Part shown: piece by piece, positions 50,931 to 60,444 of the stretch | How the letters are laid out: the number at the start of each line of letters is the position of its first letter | How positions within the stretch are numbered: the first letter of the stretch is position 1 | Assembly: GCA_965228855.1 (NCBI GenBank) | Contig: CBDDIJ010000004.1 | Coordinates: 1-64,000, forward strand | Source of the DNA: Candidatus Obscuribacterales bacterium | Lineage (GTDB): Bacteria > Cyanobacteriota > Vampirovibrionia > Obscuribacterales > Obscuribacteraceae | Length of the DNA: 64,000 nt | Direction: 5' to 3' | Notes under the pieces: generated by a model | Told to the model about the DNA's origin: nothing | What the model saw: the letters and a program-made list of their open reading frames with translations, nothing else | Database searches by the model: none | Position numbers and translations under genes: made by a program

Positions 50931-52245
50931 ATGAAAAATAGCAAAAGGGACTCAGAGAGCGCTGAAATTAGAAAGTAAGTAGGCAATCCGCTGATATCAG
51001 CTTATCTATTCTGTTAATTTACAAAATAAACTCGACTCGCTATAAAATTCACAAATTTCTGAATTGTACAAAGAGCAAACTGAGTTCTGCTCAATAAATA
51101 CTAAATCTTATTGTTGATTCATGAAGTTTTGTTGCACTTAATAAAAATGAATATTTTAATTAATCAAAACACTTCTAATATTCAAATTGAATTAGTCGTG
51201 TCGATCAGGATGTGATATTTTAGTTTGGCTATGCATATTTATTAAAGTTAAAATCATGATTTTTACTATAAATCATTTAGAAATCAGTATGGAAGAGGCA
51301 GGAATAGCAAGAGAATAGGACTGTAAGAATACTTCTATTGCAAATACTCCACTTTAAAAATAGATACAAATCAATGTTATATAAAATCATGAATCACTTA
51401 ATTCATATAATAGATCCCAATATGACTTTAAGACTATTCCAGATCAACTAACCGGAAATAAAACAAAGAATTATGAATGCAGGAGCTTAGGAAATATGTC
51501 AACGTCAAACTCAAGAAGTAAAAGGATGTCTAATCAGCAAGAAGGAGTGCTCTGCACCACGTTCAGTAATAAAAATTGCATGAATTTTAATGAGACAGAG
51601 ATAACCAACAATACAGCTCCTGCCAATTTTTGGAATAAAGTACTTCAGTATGTTCAAGGGAGAAATAAAGATAGCAACTTATTTGAAAAATATGTGGAGA
51701 TGAAGAAGGCAAAGAGAGAAATTGAAGTGAAATTTAGCTCAGATCTTAAAGCCTGCGAAACTGTGCTAAACTCAAGAGAACTATTTTCCAAGTACATATT
51801 TGATTCATATTTATTGCCTGAAATCAAATCCAAAGGCGCGATGTTTAAAGAGGATGATAAATACAAAATGTATATGAACTTTATCAATGATGAGCAGTTT
51901 TATATTAAAATCAAAAACAATTACTTACTTAAAGAGGTGAGGAGGGATTCATAATCTTTAGATTGAAAAATTTAAGCATAAAAAGTTAAAGTATGCACAA
52001 AATACAAACATAAAGAGAGGTAAAGATGGACTTCTTAATTAGTTTAGCTAATTCAAAAGTATCTAATAAATAAGCGATTCATCGAGTTCTGCAAGATGGC
52101 TCTTATGAACAAAGGAGTTGTACTGCAAAATATTAAAGACTTTAAGTACATTCCAAGGAGACTTATGAAACCAAATGTAAATAGCTTATCTGGTGAGTTT
52201 TTGGAAGCATGAAGTTGACTTCTCGTTTATCAAATTAAGATTTAA
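50931..52245 (+). CDS. Hypothetical multi-exon protein; 3' end approximate
   Basis: The exon starting at ATG 50931 splices via GTAAG..TAG introns into ORF 51496-51954. Divergent from the SPFH gene. Confidence 0.5.
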
Positions 52246-52452
52246 ATAAAATTACCAAATAGTCATTATATCTTCTTTATATGGGCTTGAAATATATCCT
52301 CATTTAAAAAAGTATGATTACTAAAAATTTACTATGAAATATAAACATCAATAGAACAGGACTCATCAAAATATTTATTGTTAATCAATTAAATTAAAAT
52401 GAACCAAAATCAATTTTATCTTATTGATAAGAAGGAGTGTTAATAACTGATT

Positions 52453-52927
52453 AAATAAATAAAAATATTCGATAATTTATGATCTGTTAATTATTAACGA
52501 GGTCGTGTTTGCAAAGGTGGTGCTTTCTTTTCAAAACTGTCAACATTTGCCGGAATGTGGGTAACAGAACAGATTATTAATGATCTTCAGCCAGTCTGGA
52601 CCGAGCCAGTTTGAGTTGTCGAAGAAGTCAAAGAGAGCAAAATTAAAATCATTGTTTTGCTATTTTGAAACTATAATTTATAATTTTCATTGAAAATCCA
52701 AAGCTAAGCTTCAAAATAGCAAAACAATGATTTTAATTTTGCTCTCTTTGACTTCTTCGACAACTCAAACTGGCTCGGTCCAGACTGGCTGAAGATCATT
52801 AATAATCTGTTCTGTTACCCACATTCCGGCAAATGTTGACAGTTTTGAAAAGAAAGCACCACCTTTGCAAACACGACCTCGTTAATAATTAACGGATCAT
52901 AAATTAAAAGAATATTTTTATTTATTT
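52453..52927. repeat. Near-perfect palindrome: arms 52453-52669 and 52710-52927, 40-bp spacer
   Basis: Arms are reverse complements over ~215 bp with only a few mismatches, all near the outer ends. Confidence 0.97.
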
Positions 52928-52961
52928 CAATTTTTTCATATCCTCGTGGGGTTTTGGGTTT
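52926..52961 (+). other. Macronuclear-type chromosome end embedded internally: TTCAA-N17-GGGGTTTTGGGTTT
   Basis: TTCAA at 52926-52930, exactly 17 nt (52931-52947), then a G4T4G3T3 telomere-like repeat from 52948. Confidence 0.8.
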
Positions 52962-53375
52962 AATAACTGATTAAATAATAAAAATTTGGCGATAATTTTT
53001 ATTTTTTACTATTTCAATAAATGCTTTTTTAGAATTAATCAGCTAGTTTTTAAAATAACAAATTATGAATATATTTGAATAAGAAATCCAGAATAACTAA
53101 AATATTTTAATTTTTGCTTTAATAACATCTAGTTTTATTTCGAACAAGAAATAACATATTAAAAAATTTAACATTTTTACTATGGCTTTATTTAAAGACT
53201 AGCTTATGCTAGTAATTTTTGAAAAACAAATAATCTTATTTAAGATTTTAATCAAATGGCTTTAAATTTGCAAATTTGAGCCTTTCATTAATTTTACAAC
53301 TATAAATAAGATTTAATGTTTGACATTTTAAAAGTAGAAATAATATTTAATTAAAATTTTAACAATTTTTTTAGA

Positions 53376-54930
53376 ATGCGGAAGTCCTTTAATTAGCAAA
53401 AGAGCAATATTTACTCCAACCAGAGATCTCAAACAGAGTTTTGAATGTGATATAAGCAACAATAGATTCATCGAAGATTGTGAAAACCCTCAAAACAACA
53501 GTAAAAAATATTTATTTAAATAAAAGTGATGAACTTTACCTATTCAAACAACATTTCTAAGGAAATTGTTTAGATCTAATAAAAGAAGTTTACAAGAAGT
53601 GGACAAATTATGGAGACTTCCAGCCAATGACTCCAGAAATTGGAGAAAGTAAAACTCCATTAATCAGTCGAAGCAAAGTCACAAACATCAACTATCAATT
53701 TGTATGATAGATATAAAGCTTTTTACATTACTTTCAATATTTTCCTCACAACATTAAATTTTAATTTATTTAGTTGTTCATGTAAAAATGCATCAAGTTA
53801 GTAAATACAATTCTAACTTCATCCTTCCACATTTTCTATCTAATATAAAATAGTCATAAAGCTAATAACAGCGGTTTTAGTAATACAAATATATAGAATT
53901 CAGAGAAAGTTCAATCATCTGGAGGAAGCAAGTACGAGAATATATGAATGTCGAACCACAATCACATGAGGACGCCAAATATCGACTCGTAAGTAAAACA
54001 ATTAACCAATCTGGCTAAGCATTTTCATCCCAAGGGTTGCAACATATAAAGTTTGTATCAACCGTAACTTCTCTACTTTTCTTTAAGTTTCGATCTGTGT
54101 TGTCATATTCATAGAAGAATACTCTTAAAATAAAATGCATTTTTACTTAAGAAACCAAATCAATTCCAAATAAATTTGACAATTGGCTGATTCAAAACTT
54201 CCTCTGGATTACATCAGCAACAATTATGAGCGCACTTACAACTTATCATTATGGAATAATATTTCTTGATTTTAAATTGCATTTTTAGAAACAACGAAAT
54301 ATCTGAGAAAGACTCGAATTCCGAATCTGAAAGTACTGATAAATCAACCGAAAATAAAGCAAAAAAGCTCACCTCTACTTTCCAAAGGAACAAAATTGTA
54401 TGCTTTTTGCTTAGAAAATTTTTTTTCAACTGACTTTTATAGGGAAACAATAGACATTTTAAGAGTGGGTCGAATAAATTTAAAATTCATCACATTTCAA
54501 AACCAGACCGACAATCTACAATTAGAAAACTGATAAAGCAAGGGACGTTGAGGATCATTCCTGAACGAATAAAGGATATTTTCACGAATTCTGCGTGAAA
54601 GAATGGTGTTATTAGTCCAACAAAGACGAAAAATAAGTACGTGATATAACTTCTCAAGTTTGTTCAGCATTACTAACAATGCATTTTTACTTGAACAGTT
54701 TAACCATGAAAATAGATGAATGAGTTCTGACATAATTGTAAAAGATATCAAATAGCTTATGTAAGTATTCCATTACTCGCTAATTGTAGTTTTTCTTTCA
54801 TTCAATACAATGCCATGATTTCTTTAGCAAAATATCGAACAAATAATATAAAATCACCTTCGTTTAAAAAGAGAAGACAATGAGTTCAAAATTCATGGAT
54901 TGATGAGAAAAAACAAATAGAATAAGATTT
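53376..54930 (+). CDS. Hypothetical multi-exon protein; boundaries uncertain
   Basis: Coding-like segments with GTAA..TAG introns and TGA codons; no recognisable domain. Confidence 0.3.
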
Positions 54931-55001
54931 ATAAAAAATCAGATAAATTTAAAGCTATTTTGATACAAAAAAGTGCACAACAATATATAAAATTAATTAC
55001 T

Positions 55002-55027
55002 TTCAACTTGTTTTATATCATAAGGGG
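55002..55027 (+). other. E-Cbs plus telomere seed at the ciliate/bacterial junction: TTCAA-N17-GGGG
   Basis: TTCAA at 55002-55006, 17 nt (55007-55023), G run from 55024, then an abrupt switch to GC-rich trbJ sequence. Confidence 0.8.
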
Positions 55028-55768
55028 GTAGCCGGCGCCGGGCTCAAGAAACCGGCGTCGCTGTTCGCGGCCCTGTTCGGCAGCGGCCGCCTGCTCGGCG
55101 GCGGAGAGGGCGTCGGCACGGCCATTGGCGGCGAGCAAGGCGGTGAGGTCGGCGAGTTGCTGCGCCTGAAGGGCGAGAATCTGATTGCCTGCCTGGGTCG
55201 CCTGCAGCGCACCGGTCGCGCCCTGGCTCTCTCCAACCAGAGCCGAGAGTTCGGCGCGCTGCGTCTCGATGTTGCCGACGACGCCGGCCTGGACGCGCAT
55301 CGCATCCTGGAGCGCGCCGACAGTGTTGCCCCAGCGCTCCCGAGCCAGGTCGATGAGGTCCTGGTCGGAAGCGGAGAGGTCCATGTCGGCGTATTGCTGG
55401 GAAAAGATCTGATCGATCTGCTGGACGTCGAAGGCGATGCGCTGGGCCTCGCCCAGCAACTGCTGGGTGCGCTGGACGGACTGCAGAATCTGCTGGAGCG
55501 ATGAATAGGGCAGGCTCGCCAGATTGCGCGCCTGGTTGATCAGCATCTGGGCTTCGTTCTGCAGGCTCTGGATCTGATTGTTGATCTGTTCGAGGGCGCG
55601 GGCCGCTTGCAGCACGTTCTCGGCGTAGTTGGAGGGGTCGAAGACGATGTCGCCGAAGCCGAAGAGCGCGTGGGCAGGCGTGACGGCGAGAGGCGACAAC
55701 GCAACCGGCAGCGTCAGCATGGTGGAGACGAACAGGATGTGGCGGATGCGCGAGCGTGGACGAGTCAT
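55028..55768 (-). CDS. trbJ: P-type conjugative transfer protein TrbJ, 3' end truncated at the junction
   Basis: Signal peptide (..PAHA), IVFDPSNYAENVLQAARALEQINNQIQSLQNEAQMLINQARNL, SQGATGALQATQAGNQ. The last residues (LMI*) come from ciliate DNA. Confidence 0.93.
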
Positions 55769-58239
55769 GGAAGAATCTCCTCTGTGGGTTGATCGAGCGC
55801 CGCGGCCGGAGCGGCGAGATTGCTGAGGTTGGGGATGATGTCGGCGGCCCAATCGAGGTCGCGAGCGCGCAGCCAGGCGTCGAGAAAGCCCTCGCGCCCA
55901 TGCTCGGCCAGCACCTCTTCGATGCGGGCGTGATCCGACTTTGCCGACGCCGCGCACAGCGCCAGGGCGACGTCGCCGAGGCCGAGTTCGAAGAGCCGGT
56001 TGCCGCGGCGGGACTGCGCGTAGTAGTCGCGCTTGGGCAGGGCCCGGGCGATGATCTCGATCTGCCGGTCGTTTAGACCGAAGCGCCGATAGATTGCGGT
56101 GAGTTGGGGCTCGATCGCGCGATCGTTGGGCAACAGGATGCGCGAGTGGCAGGAGTCGATGATCTCGGCCGCGATCGTGCTCTTTTCGAGCTGGGCCAGC
56201 GACTGGGTCGCGAAGATCACGCTGGCGTTCTTCTTGCGAAGCGTGACCAGCCACTGGGCAAGTTGGCTGGCAAAGCCGGGATCGCTCAGCGCCAGCCAGC
56301 CCTCGTCGACGATGACGAGCGTCGGTCTGCCATCGAGCCGCCCGGCGATGCGGTGGAAGAGATAGGCGAGCGTGGCCGGCGCGGCGCCGGTGCCCAGCAG
56401 TCCCTCGGTCTCGAAAGCCAGGACGGACGCCGATCCGAGGGTTTCCGTTTCGGCGTCGAGCAGCCGTCCATAGGGCCCGCCGACACAATAGGGCTCGAGG
56501 GCGCGCTTCAGGTCATTGGACTGGAGCAGCACCGTGAGCCCGGTGACGGTCCGTTCCGCGACGGGGGCCGAGGCAAGTGAGGTGAGCGCCGTCCAGATGT
56601 GCTCCTTGACGTCCGGCATGATGAGCACGCCCTCGCGCGCGAGCATGGCGACGAGCCAGTCGGCGGCCCAGGCGCGTTCGGGCGTGTGTTCGATGCCGGC
56701 AAAGGGCTGGAGCGATACCGAGGTATCGGCGCCTTCGGTCAGTTCGCCACCGAGGTCGTGCCAGTCGCCGCCCATGGCCAGCACGGCGGTGCGGATCGAC
56801 CCGCCGAAATCGAAGGCGAAGACCTGCGAATTCTCGTAACGGCGGAACTGCAGGGCCATCAGCGCCAGCAGCACCGACTTGCCGGCCCCGGTCGGCCCGA
56901 CCACTAGGGTGTGGCCGACGTCACCAACATGAAGGGATAACCGGAACGGGGTCGAGCCTTCCGTCCTGCCAAAGAGCAGTGGGGGTGCACGGAAATGCTC
57001 GTCCCGTTCCGGCCCCGCCCACACCGCCGAGAGCGGGATCATGTGGGCGAGATTCAGTGTGCTGATGGGAGGCTGGCGCACATTGGCGTAGAGGTGCCCG
57101 GGCAGCGTGCCGAGCCAAGCATCGACAGCGTTGATGGTCTCCACCATGCCGGTGAAGTCGCGGCCCTGGATGACCTTCTCGATCAGCCGGAGCCTTTCGT
57201 CGGCAACACCGGGGTCGGCGTCCCAGACCGTCACCGTCGCCGTGACATAGGCCTCGCCGGCATAGTCGGCGCCCAGTTCCTGGAGCGCGAGATCCGCATC
57301 GGCCGCCTTGTTCGCCGCGTCCGTGTCGACCAGTGCGGAAGCTTCGTTGGTCAGCACTTCCTTGACGATCGCGGCGATTGACTTGCGTTTAGCGAACCAT
57401 TGGCGGCGGATGCGTGTCACCAGCCGCGTGGCATCGGTCTTGTCGAGCAGGATGGCGCGGGTCGCCCACCTGTAGGGGAAGGCGAGGCGGTTGAGCTCGT
57501 CGAGAATTCCCGGGGTGGTCGTGCCCGGAAAGCCGACAATGGTCAGGACCCGCAGATGTGTATCGCCCAGGCGCGGCTCGAGCCCGCCGGCGAGCGGCTG
57601 ATCGGCGAGCAGTGCGTCGAGATACATCGGCGTCTCGGGGACGCCGACGCGATGACGCTTGGTCGAGACCGTCGAGTGCAGGTAGGTGAGCGTCTCGGCG
57701 TCATCGAGCCAGCGGCATTCGGGCATGAAGCCGTCGAGGAGCGCCAGTACGCGATCGGTGCGATCGACGAAGCCCTCGAGGATTTCCCAAGGATTGACCC
57801 CCGTCTGCTCGCGGCCCTCGTAGAGCCAGGTTTCGGCGCGGGCGGAATCCTCCGCCGGCGGCAGATAGACGATGGTGAGCAAGTAGCTCGACTCGAAGTG
57901 CGTTCCAGCTTCCTCGAAATCGGCCTTGCGCTCGGTATCGACCAGGGCCGAGGCGGCATCGGGGAATGTGCTTCGCGGATAGGTCGCGGCTTCGTGCCGC
58001 TGCGCCTCGACGAAGATGCTCCAGCCCGAGCCGAGGCGTCGGAAGGCATTGTTGAGGCGGCCGGCGACGCCGACCAGTTCGGCCGGCACCGAACTGTCGA
58101 GATCGGGGCCGCGAAACTTGGCCGAGCGCTGGAGACTGCCGTCCTTGTTGAGGACGACGCCCTGGCCGACCAGGGCGGCCCATGGCAGGTAATCCGCGAG
58201 GCGGGCGCCGGTGCGCCGGTATTCAGCGAGGTTCATCAT
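55765..58239 (-). CDS. trbE: Conjugal transfer ATPase TrbE (VirB4 family)
   Basis: MMNLAEYR..LADYLPWAALV start; Walker A GPTGAGKS; Walker B VDEGW; FATQSL. Confidence 0.97.
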   Translation of the reverse strand: MMNLAEYRRTGARLADYLPWAALVGQGVVLNKDGSLQRSAKFRGPDLDSSVPAELVGVAGRLNNAFRRLGSGWSIFVEAQRHEAATYPRSTFPDAASALVDTERKADFEEAGTHFESSYLLTIVYLPPAEDSARAETWLYEGREQTGVNPWEILEGFVDRTDRVLALLDGFMPECRWLDDAETLTYLHSTVSTKRHRVGVPETPMYLDALLADQPLAGGLEPRLGDTHLRVLTIVGFPGTTTPGILDELNRLAFPYRWATRAILLDKTDATRLVTRIRRQWFAKRKSIAAIVKEVLTNEASALVDTDAANKAADADLALQELGADYAGEAYVTATVTVWDADPGVADERLRLIEKVIQGRDFTGMVETINAVDAWLGTLPGHLYANVRQPPISTLNLAHMIPLSAVWAGPERDEHFRAPPLLFGRTEGSTPFRLSLHVGDVGHTLVVGPTGAGKSVLLALMALQFRRYENSQVFAFDFGGSIRTAVLAMGGDWHDLGGELTEGADTSVSLQPFAGIEHTPERAWAADWLVAMLAREGVLIMPDVKEHIWTALTSLASAPVAERTVTGLTVLLQSNDLKRALEPYCVGGPYGRLLDAETETLGSASVLAFETEGLLGTGAAPATLAYLFHRIAGRLDGRPTLVIVDEGWLALSDPGFASQLAQWLVTLRKKNASVIFATQSLAQLEKSTIAAEIIDSCHSRILLPNDRAIEPQLTAIYRRFGLNDRQIEIIARALPKRDYYAQSRRGNRLFELGLGDVALALCAASAKSDHARIEEVLAEHGREGFLDAWLRARDLDWAADIIPNLSNLAAPAAALDQPTEEILP

Positions 58240-58248
58240 CGCGGCACC

Positions 58249-58509
58249 TCACAATCCGAGATGCGCGGGGATGCGCAGATGCCGGCGTACGACCTCGACG
58301 AAGAGCGGATCGCGCCGGGCCGCCCAGACGGCCGCCAGATGTCCGATCGCCCAGAGCACGATGCCGACGATCCAGAGCCGAAGGCCGAGACCGAGCGCGG
58401 CGGCCAGCGTGCCGTTGAGGATCGCGACCGAGCGTGGGGCGCCGCCGAGCAGGATCGGCTCGGTCAGAGCCCGACGGACGGGTGCGGAAAAGCCCGGAAC
58501 CTCTTCCAT
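58249..58509 (-). CDS. trbD: Conjugal transfer protein TrbD (VirB3 family)
   Basis: MEEVPGFSAPVRRALTEPILLGGAPR...WAARRDPLF; the start overlaps the trbC stop. Confidence 0.93.
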   Translation of the reverse strand: MEEVPGFSAPVRRALTEPILLGGAPRSVAILNGTLAAALGLGLRLWIVGIVLWAIGHLAAVWAARRDPLFVEVVRRHLRIPAHLGL

Positions 58510-58838
58510 CAGATCACGGCCCCGCCGCCGAAGCTGAAGAAGGAAAGGAAGAAGGAACTGGCCGCGAAGGCGATCGAGAGACCGAAGACGATCTGGACCA
58601 GCCGCCTGAACCCGCCCGAGGTGTCGCCGAAGGCGAGCGTCAGGCCGGTGACGATGATGATGATCACCGCGATGATCTTGGCGACCGGCCCTTCGATGGA
58701 TTCGAGGATCTGCTGCAGCGGCTCTTCCCAGGGCATGGACGATCCGGCCGCGTAGGCGGCGTTCGTCATGACAAGGGTGAGAGAGGTGGCGAGCGCGGTC
58801 GCCGCGAGGCGCACACGGGCACGTAGCGTCATTTTCAT
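58509..58838 (-). CDS. trbC: Pilin TrbC (VirB2 family)
   Basis: AYAAGSSMPWEEPLQQILESIEGPVAKIIAVIIIIVTGLTLAFGDTSGGFRRLVQIVFGLSIAFAASSFF...GGGAVI. Confidence 0.95.
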   Translation of the reverse strand: MKMTLRARVRLAATALATSLTLVMTNAAYAAGSSMPWEEPLQQILESIEGPVAKIIAVIIIIVTGLTLAFGDTSGGFRRLVQIVFGLSIAFAASSFFLSFFSFGGGAVI

Positions 58839-59824
58839 TGCGGGGCTCCATTGGGTTCGGGGGACGTGATCGTGGGGGCAAGGTCGTAGTCGCTGGTCGC
58901 TCCGAGCCCGGTGACGTCGACGAGTTCGGCGAGCCGCCGTGCTGACCCGCGACCCGAGAGCACGGCGATGACGTCGATCGTCTCGGCGATGAGCGCGCGC
59001 GGCACGGTGACGACGGCTTCCTGGATGAGTTGCTCGAGGCGCCGCAGGGCGCCGATGGCCGTACCGGCATGGATGGTGCCGATGCCGCCCGGATGACCGG
59101 TCGACCACGCCTTCAACAGGTCGAGCGCCTCGGCGCCGCGCACCTCGCCGATCGGGATCCGATCGGGCCGCAGCCGAAGGGAGGAGCGGACGAGTTCGGA
59201 CAGGGAGACGACGCCATCCCGGGTGCGTAACGCCACGAGGTTGGGCGCGGCGCATTGCAGTTCACGGGTGTCTTCGATGAGAACGACACGATCGCCAGTG
59301 CGGGCGACCTCGGCGAGAAGGGCGTTCGTCAGCGTCGTCTTGCCGGTCGACGTGCCGCCGGCAACGAGGATGTTCTTCCGTTCGGCGACGGCCCGGCGCA
59401 GTGCGTCGGCCTGCGCATCGGACATGATGCCAGCCGCCACATAGTCCGCGAGCGAGAACACCGCGACAGCGGGCTTGCGGATCGCGAAGGCAGGTGCCGC
59501 AACCACCGGCGGCAGCAGACCCTCGAAACGCTCCCCCGTTCCGGGCAACTCAGCCGAGACGCGCGGGGCACCGGAATGGACTTCGGCGCCGACATGGTGC
59601 GCGACAAGGCGGATGATGCGTTCGCCGTCCGTGGCCGACAGTTTCTCGCCGGTATCGGCAAGGCCACTCGCCAAGCGGTCGATCCAGAGCCGCCCATCGG
59701 GGTTGAGCATCACCTCGACGATCGCAGGATCGTCCAGAAACCTGGCGACGGCCGGGCCGAGGGCGGTGCGCAGCATGCGCGTGCCGCGTTCGACCGCCAC
59801 CGACTCTCTGGAAGAAACAACCAC
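58835..59824 (-). CDS. trbB: P-type conjugative transfer ATPase TrbB (VirB11 family)
   Basis: [44 protein letters not shown]. Confidence 0.97.
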   Translation of the reverse strand: MVVSSRESVAVERGTRMLRTALGPAVARFLDDPAIVEVMLNPDGRLWIDRLASGLADTGEKLSATDGERIIRLVAHHVGAEVHSGAPRVSAELPGTGERFEGLLPPVVAAPAFAIRKPAVAVFSLADYVAAGIMSDAQADALRRAVAERKNILVAGGTSTGKTTLTNALLAEVARTGDRVVLIEDTRELQCAAPNLVALRTRDGVVSLSELVRSSLRLRPDRIPIGEVRGAEALDLLKAWSTGHPGGIGTIHAGTAIGALRRLEQLIQEAVVTVPRALIAETIDVIAVLSGRGSARRLAELVDVTGLGATSDYDLAPTITSPEPNGAPQ

Positions 59825-59982
59825 GTCGTCCCCACTCCGCTTGTGGGCCCGCGCGACGGGGGCCCTGGATCGGGGATGAGTAGAAAAGGCAGGAATGGGC
59901 CGGCGGCAACAAGCCTCAAGCGGTCGTCGTACCCTGGCGTGGAATTACAGGGGGACGGCGGATAGGCCTGTTCGGCGTCAGC

Positions 59983-60444
59983 CTATTCCGAGCCGCTCGC
60001 CGACGAATCGGGCGATGGCATGACGTCTTCGGGTATCTCGTTCCGCAGCTTCGGTCCCTGCGCGAGCCGGCGGCCGAGCGCAGCGACGAAGGCATCGTAG
60101 CGCTTGCCCGACTGGGCACGCGCCGCCGCCTGGGCCGGCTCTGGAAGCTGTGGCGTCGTCGTCAGCCAGAAGCGCACGAACACCGCGAGTGTCTCGACCG
60201 ATATCCCGAGATCCCGTTCCAGCCGATTGAGACGCCGATCGATCTGGTCGAGCCGTTTGGTCATGGCCGCTTCCTGCCGCTCGGCGGCGTCGGGCGAGAG
60301 GAAGGATGCGATCGCGGCCTCAGCCACCAGCGACCGGGACAGGTCACGACGGGCTGCGTGCTCCACCAGCGCCTTCATCACCGGCGGATCGAGATAGATG
60401 GAGAGGCGCTGCTTCTTGCCGGGCTTCGCCATGGCGGGCCTCAC
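59983..60444 (-). CDS. Ribbon-helix-helix (CopG-like) protein
   Basis: RLSIYLDP...LSRSLVAEAAIASFLSPD...ETLAVFVRFWLT; sits at the usual position between traG and trbB. Confidence 0.88.
   Translation of the reverse strand: MRPAMAKPGKKQRLSIYLDPPVMKALVEHAARRDLSRSLVAEAAIASFLSPDAAERQEAAMTKRLDQIDRRLNRLERDLGISVETLAVFVRFWLTTTPQLPEPAQAAARAQSGKRYDAFVAALGRRLAQGPKLRNEIPEDVMPSPDSSASGSE

Noticed and set aside
52498..52660. C2-domain-like peptide (TEQIINDLQPVWTEPV) in one frame of the palindrome arm
   Set aside because: Too short, with no gene context, and several frames of the arm look equally protein-like.
52770..52815. Resemblance to the U2 snRNA 5' end (CTCGG...GGCTGAAGATCA...ATCTGTTCT) in the palindrome arm
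   Set aside because: The invariant GTAGTA branch-point pairing sequence is absent and the flanks do not match U2; probably chance. An Rfam search would settle it.
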